DNA of 64,000 nt, from positions 1 through 64,000 of IMG/VR virus record IMGVR_UViG_3300027917_000021, one strand, 5' to 3'. A program made the translations under genes and the position numbers. Positions 1-8,452 of the stretch are shown piece by piece; position 1 is the first letter of the stretch; every line of letters starts with the position of its first letter. The notes beneath the pieces were generated by a model. It was not told the DNA's origin and did not search any database. It worked only from the letters and a program-made list of their open reading frames with translations. Source of the DNA: a virus.

Positions 1-10
1 AAACCTTTCG

Positions 11-140
11 GACAACTTTGCTTGGATTTACATACAATTGCTCTACCTGTTGAGCTACATCATGTGCACAATGCCCATGACGACGGGACTCGAACCCGCA
101 ACCCATTGTTCCTGGTTGTAGTTAAGTGCTGTAAGTTGTT
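11..140 (-). ncRNA. Circularly permuted tRNA-like RNA (YrlA/bacterial Y RNA-like)
   Basis: Minus-strand order is T arm (GCGGG TTCGAGT CCCGT), acceptor-like stem CGTCATG/CATGATG closed by a loop, then D arm (GCTC AACAGGTA GAGC). Ends pair ACAACTT/AAGTTGT. Lies directly downstream of a Ro-like gene. Confidence 0.8.
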
Positions 141-156
141 TATTTTGTACTCAGCA

Positions 157-185
157 AATATACCAAATTTCTGACTGAGTGTCAA
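157..185 (-). promoter_or_regulatory. sigma70-type promoter for the Y-like RNA
   Basis: TTGACA (185-180), 17-nt spacer, TGn-TATATT (162-157). Confidence 0.75.
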
Positions 186-223
186 GTATTTATTCAACGC
201 GGCAAAGCGTAATAACTACTTTC

Positions 224-1606
224 TCATAGTTCTGGGTCGAACTTGTCGAAATTAATATTATACCCGTCTACTGCATCCTTCAAAACGCCTATTGGATCAA
301 TGGCAGTATTCTTAAGAACGGCCTTAAGAATTGTCGGACTAAACCCGGATACCAGAGCTACATTATCCCTGTTATCGATCGGACTACCTTTGTATCCACC
401 TACCAGGTTCCAAAATACTAGCTTTGGAGCTTCATACCCATATTGTTTATATTTCTTTTGTATGTTGTCCAAATGTGTCGTATTGCTGGCGCATGCATCG
501 AATTGCATATCTGATAAGATTATTAGTGTAGAAGGCATTTTATCTGCTGGTACAGAAGCTGCGTTTGCTAACTTTAAAATCAATTCATATGTACGCTCTA
601 CATTGGTATTACCTCCAACTTGAGCATGCCATAGTTGCATAATCTTCTGGTGAAGATTATGTGCTGGATCAATCTCAATCCATTGAGGACGATCAGAAAA
701 AGTGATCACTTTATGTGAGAAAGGTCCAACGTTTCTTTCTGCAAGATAAAGCCCAAGAGCTAATGCTACATCAATGGGCTGACTACCTGCTTTATCAATA
801 GCTACCCAAGTCATTGATGCTGACACATCAATCACGGCCAAAAAATATTGGCCCGAATCTGTGAACTCTGGTAGATTTGTCCACATTTTATCGCCTACAT
901 CAACGTCTTTTCGTGCGTGTCTTACTACTTCATGAGGATAATTTACTGCGGTATTAATTTTTTGAGTAGAATCGCCTAAAAAATCCGCGAAACGCTGGGC
1001 ATCATTTTTACGAAAAGCACGGCTGTACTTTCTCATTGCTACTGATGGAACAGTAGAATAATTAATCGATTCCCAGTCTTTTGAGCACATTGCTTGCTCC
1101 ACTGTTTCAGAATTATTTTTTAATAACTGACGATACCCCGCATTGGTTATCCCAAGCTCATCTCGGATAGCTCTTGCCAAATTACCTTTGCGTGGTGCCC
1201 ATTTTGAGGCTAAGCGATCGCCTTTTTTAATCGCTGCTCCCCACTCCTTTACTACATCATTTAGATGTGTATCGGTTATATTTTCCAGATCTTTCCAGCG
1301 CCCATATTCTGCAATCTGGACGAGGTTGTCTGAAATAAAACTTGGTTGTGTTTCTGCCAAATGCTTTAGCAGTTTTATTCCTGCCGCTCTTTCTCCCGCC
1401 CCGGTGCGAGGATCACGAAGCCAAAACACTGTTTTAGTTGCTAAAACATAATCTTCGTTTTTTGCTTTTGTATACAGATGCACCAAATCATCTTTTCCTT
1501 CTAACACCTGCATTCTCTGTACTGCAGCCTGTGAGAAAAAATCAATCAGTGGCCCAGCACTTTCATATTGAAGTGCTTCGTTTTCTGTTTTCATGTAATT
1601 AGGCAC
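224..1606 (-). CDS. DUF2828-family protein with C-terminal vWA domain (Ro60/TROVE-like architecture)
   Basis: RDPRxGxGER, YGRWKDL and KWAPR motifs; MIDAS-like DVSASM and SDMQFD; GGAGG RBS. Confidence 0.8.
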   Translation of the reverse strand: MPNYMKTENEALQYESAGPLIDFFSQAAVQRMQVLEGKDDLVHLYTKAKNEDYVLATKTVFWLRDPRTGAGERAAGIKLLKHLAETQPSFISDNLVQIAEYGRWKDLENITDTHLNDVVKEWGAAIKKGDRLASKWAPRKGNLARAIRDELGITNAGYRQLLKNNSETVEQAMCSKDWESINYSTVPSVAMRKYSRAFRKNDAQRFADFLGDSTQKINTAVNYPHEVVRHARKDVDVGDKMWTNLPEFTDSGQYFLAVIDVSASMTWVAIDKAGSQPIDVALALGLYLAERNVGPFSHKVITFSDRPQWIEIDPAHNLHQKIMQLWHAQVGGNTNVERTYELILKLANAASVPADKMPSTLIILSDMQFDACASNTTHLDNIQKKYKQYGYEAPKLVFWNLVGGYKGSPIDNRDNVALVSGFSPTILKAVLKNTAIDPIGVLKDAVDGYNINFDKFDPEL

Positions 1607-1898
1607 AATTACCTCCTAAATATAAAGTTTGTCATTCTATATTTTTATTCCATAAAAATTATGAAACAGTCCAGATACGATGGAATGCACCGCAAGGACC
1701 ACATAGGGAAGCATCACAACCGTTTCATAACTTCGAAAGATGCCATGGAGTTCGTCAACTCTGCCTAATCATGGACCGGTCTACATCTTTCTATTTCAGT
1801 CTCATCTAATTATTCACTGTAACCAGTGAATCATCTATTAGTAGTTAGTCGGGTTATAACCTTGCTATACTTCTACCCGAAGAAGTTTTGTGGGATGA

Positions 1899-2029
1899 TG
1901 GTGGGGACAGGACTCGAACTCGCAACCTTCCGATTATCAGTCGGACGATCTACCTTGATCGGTTTTGAATTCGACATGGCCATGGTATCGAACACCTTTA
2001 CCCGTAGTTGTCTATTGATCTATCCCACT
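1899..2029 (-). pseudogene. tRNA-Ile(GAT)-like gene with a 60-nt insertion in the D region
   Basis: Anticodon arm TCCGA CT GAT AA TCGGA and a T loop are present. The 5' acceptor/D segment is displaced by an insert at 1955-2014 flanked by a TTGATC repeat. T and acceptor stems have mismatches. Confidence 0.65.
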
Positions 2030-2031
2030 CG

Positions 2032-2116
2032 TGGAGAGTGATGGATTTGAACCACCGTAGCCCTGTGGGCGCCAGATTTACAGTCTAGTGCAATTGAACC
2101 TCTCTGCCAACTCTCC
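2032..2116 (-). tRNA. tRNA-Tyr(GTA)
   Basis: Cloverleaf with long variable arm, loop CT GTA AA. Confidence 0.95.
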
Positions 2117-2117
2117 A

Positions 2118-2345
2118 TTAACCTATACATCTGATAAAATACTCGCCATTAACCCATGGACTGGCGTAGGCTTTCAATACTCTTTTTCCATCATAATTTT
2201 TAGTCTTTTTTATTTTTGCAAGCTCTTTATAATCCGTAGTATCCCAAGTTGTGCCGTCTGGTAACGTTATCGTTATGTTTTCAGCTTTTCTCCTTAATTT
2301 AGTTAATGAAAAGCATTCTGATTCTACTATGTTTAAGTGTTTCAT
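2118..2345 (-). CDS. Small hypothetical protein, paralog of 2359..2586
   Basis: Shares MKxLNIxESE, ITLPDG, GKRVLKAY and EYFIRC with its neighbour. Confidence 0.8.
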   Translation of the reverse strand: MKHLNIVESECFSLTKLRRKAENITITLPDGTTWDTTDYKELAKIKKTKNYDGKRVLKAYASPWVNGEYFIRCIG

Positions 2346-2358
2346 GTCATTCTCTCCA

Positions 2359-2586
2359 TTACATAAAACACCTTATAAAATATTCTTTCCATTTCCAAGG
2401 GCTAGAATATGCTTTCAATACTCTTTTTCCATTATATTGTTTGGTTCTTTTTATTTTCCACATTTCTTCAAAGTTGGGACTATCAAATTTCTGGCCATCA
2501 GGAAGTGTTATTGGTGCTGTTGGGACTTTCCTTCTTAATCTTGTTATACCAGGAGTTTCCGATTCTATTATATTTAATTGTTTCAT
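2359..2586 (-). CDS. Small hypothetical protein, paralog of 2118..2345
   Basis: Tandem paralog. Confidence 0.8.
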   Translation of the reverse strand: MKQLNIIESETPGITRLRRKVPTAPITLPDGQKFDSPNFEEMWKIKRTKQYNGKRVLKAYSSPWKWKEYFIRCFM

Positions 2587-2942
2587 GCTGATAAACTCCC
2601 TATATATTCTAAAAATTTTTTAGATGCCTCTATGTCTACTACTTTCTTATAGGCTCGTGTAATTATAGGATCGGTGTCTGGTACGTCACTTAAAAATACT
2701 AATTCTCTTTCTACTTTTATGAAAAATTTACGTTCTTGAAAATATGTAATACGCATATGGCGTCCATGGGGCAATGTTTGCACTTTAAGTGTTTTTTGAC
2801 CATTATACAACATTGCCTTACGAATCTCGTCTATTTCATCATATCTTTTATAAGAAGTTGCTTCTGTTTCAATGTCTTCTTTATTTATAGAATTTGCTGG
2901 TAAAATACAAAATCTTTTCTTTAATCGTTTTTTCTTGCTCAT
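2583..2942 (-). CDS. Hypothetical protein starting 4 nt after tRNA-Cys
   Basis: ORF track; ATGA coupling to the next gene. Confidence 0.7.
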   Translation of the reverse strand: MSKKKRLKKRFCILPANSINKEDIETEATSYKRYDEIDEIRKAMLYNGQKTLKVQTLPHGRHMRITYFQERKFFIKVERELVFLSDVPDTDPIITRAYKKVVDIEASKKFLEYIGSLSA

Positions 2943-2946
2943 AATG

Positions 2947-3019
2947 AGATCCCGGTCAGATTTGAACTGACGTACGAGGATTTGCAGTCCCCTGCTTAGC
3001 CAGACTCAGCCACAGGATC
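2947..3019 (-). tRNA. tRNA-Cys(GCA)
   Basis: Cloverleaf, loop CT GCA AA, U73. Confidence 0.95.
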
Positions 3020-3022
3020 ATA

Positions 3023-3339
3023 AAATTGGTGGGCGATTATCATCTTTACTGGATGAAGGGTCTCTCAGCGTACTGCGAAAAATTTCGTAACGATATTCTT
3101 CGCAATGACGGGTTACGATACAAGCGTCCCCTTAGGCTCTACTAAGATTTAATTGGTTTATAACCAAACCACATTACTTCAAGAAGCTTCCAAACATCTC
3201 CTCGAAGTGAACGCTCCAAGGTCCGGGTGATATTTTCTAATGCGCGCTCCGGACAGTTTCAAATCTCATCGCACAATCCTCGTAGGTTATGGCAACGTAT
3301 CTTGTGCTATATGATGCTCCTTACGGAACCCACCAATTT
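3023..3339 (-). ncRNA. Unassigned structured RNA candidate (~315 nt)
   Basis: Perfect 11-bp closing stem AAATTGGTGGG/CCCACCAATTT fills the gap between two tRNAs; internal stems; no sense ORF. Confidence 0.55.
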
Positions 3340-3340
3340 A

Positions 3341-3415
3341 GTAGGGAATACCGGAATTGAACCGATCGCCTCCTGGTCCCAAACCAGGCGTCTCACCATT
3401 AAGACTTATTCCCTG
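3341..3415 (-). tRNA. tRNA-Pro(TGG)
   Basis: CCTGG TT TGG GA CCAGG anticodon arm. Confidence 0.9.
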
Positions 3416-3425
3416 TGAGGTGGAA

Positions 3426-3857
3426 TTACTTCCACCAAGATTTAAGTAACATACCACCATAAACATAGTGGGTGTGTGTCATATAATTGCTTATTCCAAA
3501 TAATACAATACCTAACCAAAAATTAAATTCTATGCCGCTATGTACTCCTGTAAATATGGTTAGATATTGAAATATTTGTCTAATAAATTTTGCTCCATGC
3601 CAACCGTCAAAAAACAAAGCTGGAATAACTAATCCTGCTATTTTTTTACGCCCTTGGCTTGGATCACCATTTACATATTTTCTTGTCCATGTTTCTTTTG
3701 GATCCATCAAGTACCATGACAACCAATCATTCTTCGGGAGCCAATCAAATACTGAATCCTTATAATGATATGCCAAAGTATCCTCTACATCATTAAATAC
3801 TATGGAAATAATCCAAAGCACCAATAATAGTAAAATCCAAAGTATTATTTCTATCAT
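3426..3857 (-). CDS. Membrane protein
   Basis: Hydrophobic N-terminus and further TM segments; AGGAG RBS. Confidence 0.75.
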   Translation of the reverse strand: MIEIILWILLLLVLWIISIVFNDVEDTLAYHYKDSVFDWLPKNDWLSWYLMDPKETWTRKYVNGDPSQGRKKIAGLVIPALFFDGWHGAKFIRQIFQYLTIFTGVHSGIEFNFWLGIVLFGISNYMTHTHYVYGGMLLKSWWK

Positions 3858-3873
3858 TTATTTCTCCTTAGTA

Positions 3874-4119
3874 TTAAGATTCATTTATTGCAGTCCTTCT
3901 AAAAAGTTCTAGTATAAATGGATCATTCGGATGCCTTTCACATATTACTTCATACAATTCTTCCTGTGGTAATTGCTCTAACTCTCTTGGATCAGGTTTT
4001 TCCTGCTGTGCCAACAGATGTAACCTCTTTTGACGCTGATTTACCTGTTCGAAATGTTGTAAATATAGCTTTATTTTTGTTAATATAGCTTTATTTTTGT
4101 TAATATTATTCTGTCCCAT
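3874..4119 (-). CDS. Hypothetical protein
   Basis: ORF with RBS; contains a 20-bp tandem duplication near 4063-4106. Confidence 0.55.
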   Translation of the reverse strand: MGQNNINKNKAILTKIKLYLQHFEQVNQRQKRLHLLAQQEKPDPRELEQLPQEELYEVICERHPNDPFILELFRRTAINES

Positions 4120-4159
4120 TTAATATCTCCTGTTTTTTTCTTTTTTGCTGATAGCAGTG

Positions 4160-4231
4160 AGCGGGCAGTGAGGCTCGAACTCACGGCATTTTCCTTGGCA
4201 AGGAAACATTCTACCACTGAATTATGCCCGC
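4160..4231 (-). tRNA. tRNA-Gly(GCC)
   Basis: Cloverleaf, GCGGGCA acceptor, U73. Confidence 0.95.
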
Positions 4232-4232
4232 G

Positions 4233-4310
4233 TGGAGCGTCATGTCAGGCTTGAACTGACCACCTGTAGCTTGGAAGGCTACCGCTCTACCCACGATGAG
4301 CTAATGACGC
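4233..4310 (-). tRNA. tRNA-Gly(TCC), CCA encoded
   Basis: Cloverleaf, loop CT TCC AA. Confidence 0.95.
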
Positions 4311-4314
4311 GTTG

Positions 4315-4388
4315 AGCCACCTCCAGGAATCGAACCCGGGACCCGCTGCTTACAAGGCAGCCGCTCTGGCCTGCTGAGCTAAGGTGGC
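4315..4388 (-). tRNA. tRNA-Thr(TGT)
   Basis: Cloverleaf, loop CT TGT AA. Confidence 0.95.
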
Positions 4389-4446
4389 TGGAGCGGACTG
4401 GTTTATTCGTTCCCTTAAGGCACGCCCGCAATGCCTGTTTTGCTAG

Positions 4447-4674
4447 CTATTCGTAATGACGTTTAGGAATTAATCCGTCGTCATGCATTTCTAATGCTGC
4501 TACTGTTAATGCAGCTACTTTGATCATCATTTTACGATATTCGGCTGAACCGGTAGGCATTGTCACAGCATTACCTACATAGGTATTAATATATGCGGCC
4601 CAATCATTTGCATTGCCATCCTGATATTTTCTCTCTTCTTTGATATCATCAAAGATTTTTTGTTGATTTGCCAT
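4447..4674 (-). CDS. Hypothetical phage protein (MazG-like helical fold possible)
   Basis: ERxxQD and IKVAALxVAALE pattern. Confidence 0.65.
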   Translation of the reverse strand: MANQQKIFDDIKEERKYQDGNANDWAAYINTYVGNAVTMPTGSAEYRKMMIKVAALTVAALEMHDDGLIPKRHYE

Positions 4675-4820
4675 ACTTCTCTTTATATTTTCCTCTGATT
4701 CTTTTTTTATTTGCCTGATAATATCTTTTATTTACTATAGATCTACATTCAGGACAAAGATTAGTGGTGCTTTTTTCTGTATCAAACATTCTAAAACAAC
4801 CACCACACTGATTTAAGTAT

Positions 4821-5027
4821 TCATTTCTCCTCCCTCGCTTTCATCATTGCATCGGCAATTTGATAACAATTAGCCGATATAAATTGATCAATCGACAAGT
4901 TATGTTGTTCGGCTGCTTCCCCTGCTGCAAATCTATAAGTTTCGTTTGATAACATACCATTCAATGCCAGCCCGGCAAACCAATCACGTAGTGTTATACT
5001 ATATTGTGGAAATACCGCATCTTTCAT
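4821..5027 (-). CDS. Conserved phage hypothetical protein
   Basis: TLRDWFAGLAL...YQIADAMMKAR motif; GGAGG RBS. Confidence 0.75.
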   Translation of the reverse strand: MKDAVFPQYSITLRDWFAGLALNGMLSNETYRFAAGEAAEQHNLSIDQFISANCYQIADAMMKAREEK

Positions 5028-5039
5028 TTCCCCTCCCTT

Positions 5040-5393
5040 TTAGTCTATCCAAACATAACCTTGTTCTGGTACTTCGCCTTCATATTCTTCTGATTTTATT
5101 TGTTCTGCGTAAATAATTAATATATCTTTTCTTTTTTCAAAACGGGATGGTAACCTTAATTGTTTAATTGATTCGCCTTCACTAATATCATAATCCTCGC
5201 CGCAGCAAGTACAAGTAATTCTTTCGGGATTATGCCCAAACCGATTATAAAAAACAATTTTTGCTTTTTCTACCGGGGCTTCAATATAAATATATTGCCA
5301 TTTTTCTTTTAAATTGCCGCCGGAATGCATATCCATAAATTTCGTCCAAGTCATTCTCCCCTCCATTCTTTCTTTTTGATTTAACAATAACAA
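5040..5393 (-). CDS. Hypothetical phage protein (start probably at MTWTKF)
   Basis: YIEA, CxCCG motif. Confidence 0.7.
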   Translation of the reverse strand: MLLLNQKERMEGRMTWTKFMDMHSGGNLKEKWQYIYIEAPVEKAKIVFYNRFGHNPERITCTCCGEDYDISEGESIKQLRLPSRFEKRKDILIIYAEQIKSEEYEGEVPEQGYVWID

Positions 5394-5423
5394 TATATGG
5401 TTTTTACCATTTACTATTTTTGG

Positions 5424-5666
5424 TTAAATGCGTTCTACAAACCACTGTGTATCCCATGTGTTTGGTAGATTTCTTATTTGTCGTACAAATGCATTTGCTT
5501 CTTTAGTAGTTGCAAATATTTTTCTTTTACATTCTTTTCTTACTTTCTGCTCATTTCCGCCTGTATACCACACATTGCCTAAATCTGTAGTGTCTTCATT
5601 TAACATATAAAAAACACCATTAATTTTGTTGCGGCCAGTTATAATACATTTTCTGGCTATTCCCAT
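5424..5666 (-). CDS. Hypothetical protein
   Basis: ORF with AAGGAG RBS. Confidence 0.65.
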   Translation of the reverse strand: MGIARKCIITGRNKINGVFYMLNEDTTDLGNVWYTGGNEQKVRKECKRKIFATTKEANAFVRQIRNLPNTWDTQWFVERI

Positions 5667-5687
5667 AACAATTCTCCTTCTGTTAAT

Positions 5688-5764
5688 TGGTAGGCCCGGA
5701 AGGACTTGAACCTATCACTATCTCGATTAAAAGTCGAGTGCTTTACCAGCTAAGCTACGGACCC
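5688..5764 (-). tRNA. tRNA-Lys(TTT), CCA encoded
   Basis: Cloverleaf, loop CT TTT AA. Confidence 0.95.
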
Positions 5765-5766
5765 AA

Positions 5767-5955
5767 TTACGTTTTTCTAGGTGCTTGATCCCCAAAATCT
5801 ACATCTTCCATGAATATGAATCTTCCATCTTCAAATTCTAAGGAAGTTCCAAAAAGCGTTATGCAGCTTTTTCTTTTGTCATAATGTCCAGTTTCATAGT
5901 CAACGCCATGCTTATCAAAAAATTCTTTGAACTCTTCAAATTCAGTTTTATCCAT
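5767..5955 (-). CDS. Hypothetical protein
   Basis: ORF immediately downstream of rtcB. Confidence 0.65.
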   Translation of the reverse strand: MDKTEFEEFKEFFDKHGVDYETGHYDKRKSCITLFGTSLEFEDGRFIFMEDVDFGDQAPRKT

Positions 5956-5959
5956 GAAA

Positions 5960-7129
5960 TTATCCCTTTATGTTTATAATTGGTTTAATGTGATGAATGA
6001 CTTCTACCAAGTCTTTTTGTTGTTCCATCACTTCAAAAATATTTTTATATGCGGCCGGCGATTCATCTATGGTAGCTGTCTCTACACGTGCCTTGATGCC
6101 ATTCATAGACTTCTTGAAATCTTCCATCTTCAGACTTTCTTTCGCTGCTCGGCGGCCAAGTACTCGTCCAGCCCCGTGTGAAGAGGAGTATAGAGATTCT
6201 GGATTACCTTTACCTTTTACAATAAAGGATCCATCACGCATATTGCCAGGAATTACTCCCATCATGTCTTTTTCTGCATGGGTGGCACCTTTACGATGTA
6301 TCCATAAGCCATCTTTTAATTCAGCATGATTATGGTTACGATTAATTAATCCATCCCAGTCTCCATGTCCTTTTGAATGGCGTTTAACTACTTTTTCCAC
6401 ACGACGGATCATTTCGGCACGGTTCAATAAAGCAAACTCTAAGGCATAATTAATGTCTGTGATGTAGTCTTGTCCGTTTTGAGAGTTTATGTCCAAAACA
6501 AAATATCCTTCTCGAGCTTTGCCATCTCCTGATGCTGCCTTCATATAATGAGTCGCTATATTGTGTCCAAAATTTCTGGATCCGGAATGGATGATTACCC
6601 ATATTTTTTCATCCTCATCATAGCCTATTTCAATAAAATGATTTCCTCCACCTAATGAACCAATTTGATATACTCCCTTCTCCGAGTAAATTTTTCCAAA
6701 ATGCTGAGTAATTGGCATCTGTTCCAGATGTTTGGTTGTATCAAAAGACACTCGTTTTTTATTCCAATCAAACCCAACTGGAATTACCTCGTATATTTCC
6801 TTGAAAATATTTTCTGTGGACGACTGTATTTGGTCTTTATGAAACGATGTAGGCAATGCACACATGCCACATCCAATATCATATCCTACAGCCGCCGGCC
6901 ATATAACATCTTTCATGGCAACAACTGCACCAATTGGAAGTGCATATCCAGTATGTGCGTCTGGCATTAGTGCGCCTTGTACTACTGTATCTTGCTTCAT
7001 TGCTTCATAAAATTGATCTAATGCTTGCCCTTCCACGTATTCGGCATAAATTTTATAAGGCTTATTTTTTGTAGATTTTACCTTTTCAGATATTTCTTTA
7101 TCTAAAAGATTGTCTTTCAATAGTGACAT
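5960..7129 (-). CDS. rtcB: RtcB-family RNA ligase
   Basis: MPDAHxGY, VGYDIGCGM, GGGNHFIE, HSGSR, HRKGAT, PGNM and HGAGR motifs. Confidence 0.97.
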   Translation of the reverse strand: MSLLKDNLLDKEISEKVKSTKNKPYKIYAEYVEGQALDQFYEAMKQDTVVQGALMPDAHTGYALPIGAVVAMKDVIWPAAVGYDIGCGMCALPTSFHKDQIQSSTENIFKEIYEVIPVGFDWNKKRVSFDTTKHLEQMPITQHFGKIYSEKGVYQIGSLGGGNHFIEIGYDEDEKIWVIIHSGSRNFGHNIATHYMKAASGDGKAREGYFVLDINSQNGQDYITDINYALEFALLNRAEMIRRVEKVVKRHSKGHGDWDGLINRNHNHAELKDGLWIHRKGATHAEKDMMGVIPGNMRDGSFIVKGKGNPESLYSSSHGAGRVLGRRAAKESLKMEDFKKSMNGIKARVETATIDESPAAYKNIFEVMEQQKDLVEVIHHIKPIINIKG

Positions 7130-7389
7130 TATATCTCCTTGAATTCTTTTATCATTTGTTCAAGTTTATCAGCATCATCTTGATTCATTGTCCAATTGCC
7201 AAAATACCCATAACGACTTTTATATCCAAATGTATATTTTATGGCCAACCACAGGCGCTGAAAAAAGTTTCTATGATTTCCAAGAAATACTGATACATAT
7301 ATTTCTTTTTCTTCTTTATCAAGTGTAAATCTTATTGTATGTTCATCATGTGCACAAATGCATTCAAAAAAATAAGAACCATCTAACAT
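7129..7389 (-). CDS. Hypothetical protein (start reassigned to MLDGSY; the track's extension lies in tRNAs)
   Basis: AGGAG RBS before ATG 7389; CxC motif. Confidence 0.7.
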   Translation of the reverse strand: MLDGSYFFECICAHDEHTIRFTLDKEEKEIYVSVFLGNHRNFFQRLWLAIKYTFGYKSRYGYFGNWTMNQDDADKLEQMIKEFKEI

Positions 7390-7409
7390 TTTTTTCTCCT
7401 GTTTTTTAG

Positions 7410-7482
7410 TGGAGAGTAAGAGGGTCGAACTCTTAACCTTCGCCGTGCAAGGGCGGTGCTCTCCCAATTGAGCTAACTCCCC
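7410..7482 (-). tRNA. tRNA-Ala(TGC)
   Basis: Cloverleaf, G3-U70. Confidence 0.95.
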
Positions 7483-7813
7483 ATGTGTGCGCCCTGAAAG
7501 ATTTGAACTTCCGATCTCCTGGATGTAAGCCAGGCGCCTTACCAACTTGACCAAGGGCGCTACCCCGCGAGAGACTCGAACTCCCGACACCCACGTCCGT
7601 AGCGTGGTGCTCTGATTCCAGCTGAGCTAGCGGGGCTTTAGATATTAAAATATATAAAAATATATCCCGGGTATATAGGCTAGTTCCTAATTGTATTCTA
7701 GGATATAATACTTGTTTGCCTATTAATTTTCTTCCATCATTGATTAGAAATACATCAACATCAATACTGCTAGTTGCTTCTATGTAAGGGTATTGTAATA
7801 TGTTTATTTCCAT
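7433..7813 (-). CDS. Small protein whose frame continues through tRNA-Arg, -Val and -Ala before a stop
   Basis: About 59 codons precede tRNA-Arg with no stop; overlaps the upstream ORF end. Confidence 0.55.
   Translation of the reverse strand: MEINILQYPYIEATSSIDVDVFLINDGRKLIGKQVLYPRIQLGTSLYTRDIFLYILISKAPLAQLESEHHATDVGVGSSSLSRGSALGQVGKAPGLHPGDRKFKSFRAHTWGVSSIGRAPPLHGEG
7488..7560 (-). tRNA. tRNA-Val(TAC)
   Basis: Cloverleaf, loop CT TAC AT. Confidence 0.93.
7561..7636 (-). tRNA. tRNA-Arg(ACG)
   Basis: Cloverleaf, loop CT ACG GA. Confidence 0.95.
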
Positions 7814-7998
7814 TTTGTATTTTCTATAACTATATAAATATTATGATTCCAAATAGTACTATCCGTACTTAATATAAGATTTCCTTTGTCATCGGGAATT
7901 ATGGCTGCTTTTGCTAAAATTGTGCAATCGCTGTATGATTTTGCGTTTCTTTCTCGTGTAGTAACCACAGAAGCTCTTTTAATTTTAAATCTTATCAT
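7804..7998 (-). CDS. Small hypothetical protein, ATG 2 nt after tRNA-Arg(TCT)
   Basis: ORF track and position. Confidence 0.65.
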   Translation of the reverse strand: MIRFKIKRASVVTTRERNAKSYSDCTILAKAAIIPDDKGNLILSTDSTIWNHNIYIVIENTKWK

Positions 7999-8000
7999 TG

Positions 8001-8074
8001 TACCCCTCCAGGAATTTGAATCCCGACCTTTGAAATTAGAAGTTTCATGCTCTATCCAGTTAAGCTAGAGGGGC
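8001..8074 (-). tRNA. tRNA-Arg(TCT)
   Basis: Cloverleaf, loop CT TCT AA. Confidence 0.95.
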
Positions 8075-8364
8075 TATTTCATATATTTATAATTTTTATT
8101 TTTAAAAAATTCTTTTGCCATGTCTATTACTTCTTCTAAAGACATATCTGTTCCAAGCTTTTCGTAAATTTCTGAATTGTCAACAAGTTTAGACCAATCT
8201 TCATCAAATTTCTTTAATTCTTTTTCATCCCATCCTTGAGATCCAAGATAAATTATTGTGACTTCTTCGGTTGCGCCTGATGCTGCCATATGAAAAATAA
8301 TATCGACCACCATAGATGCACTAATACGCAAAATAATATATTTGTCTGTGAACTTTACTTGCAT
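8074..8364 (-). CDS. Hypothetical protein (MQVKFTD...), related to 13703..13900
   Basis: AGGAG RBS; TAG stop shares its G with tRNA G1. Confidence 0.7.
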   Translation of the reverse strand: MQVKFTDKYIILRISASMVVDIIFHMAASGATEEVTIIYLGSQGWDEKELKKFDEDWSKLVDNSEIYEKLGTDMSLEEVIDMAKEFFKNKNYKYMK

Positions 8365-8380
8365 ATATTCTCCTTTTTTG

Positions 8381-8452
8381 CACGCCCACAAGGATTTGAA
8401 CCTCGAGTCTCGGATTTGGAGTCCGATGGTTTACCAATTAACCGATAGGCGC
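8381..8452 (-). tRNA. tRNA-Trp(CCA)
   Basis: Cloverleaf, loop CT CCA AA. Confidence 0.93.

Noticed and set aside
243-1451. Antisense ORFs over long genes (e.g. 243..623, 1143..1451, 5997..6329, 22991..23485, 55198..55860)
   Set aside because: Opposite well-supported genes, with no RBS or recognisable motifs.
4063-4106. Short tandem duplications (also about 34336-34392 and 54051-54106)
   Set aside because: Two-copy slippage-type duplications with no further structure.
7390-7590. N-terminal extensions of ORFs 7129..7590, 8074..8391, 14636..14866 and 16789..17052
   Set aside because: These are translations of tRNA sequence; better starts lie after the tRNAs.
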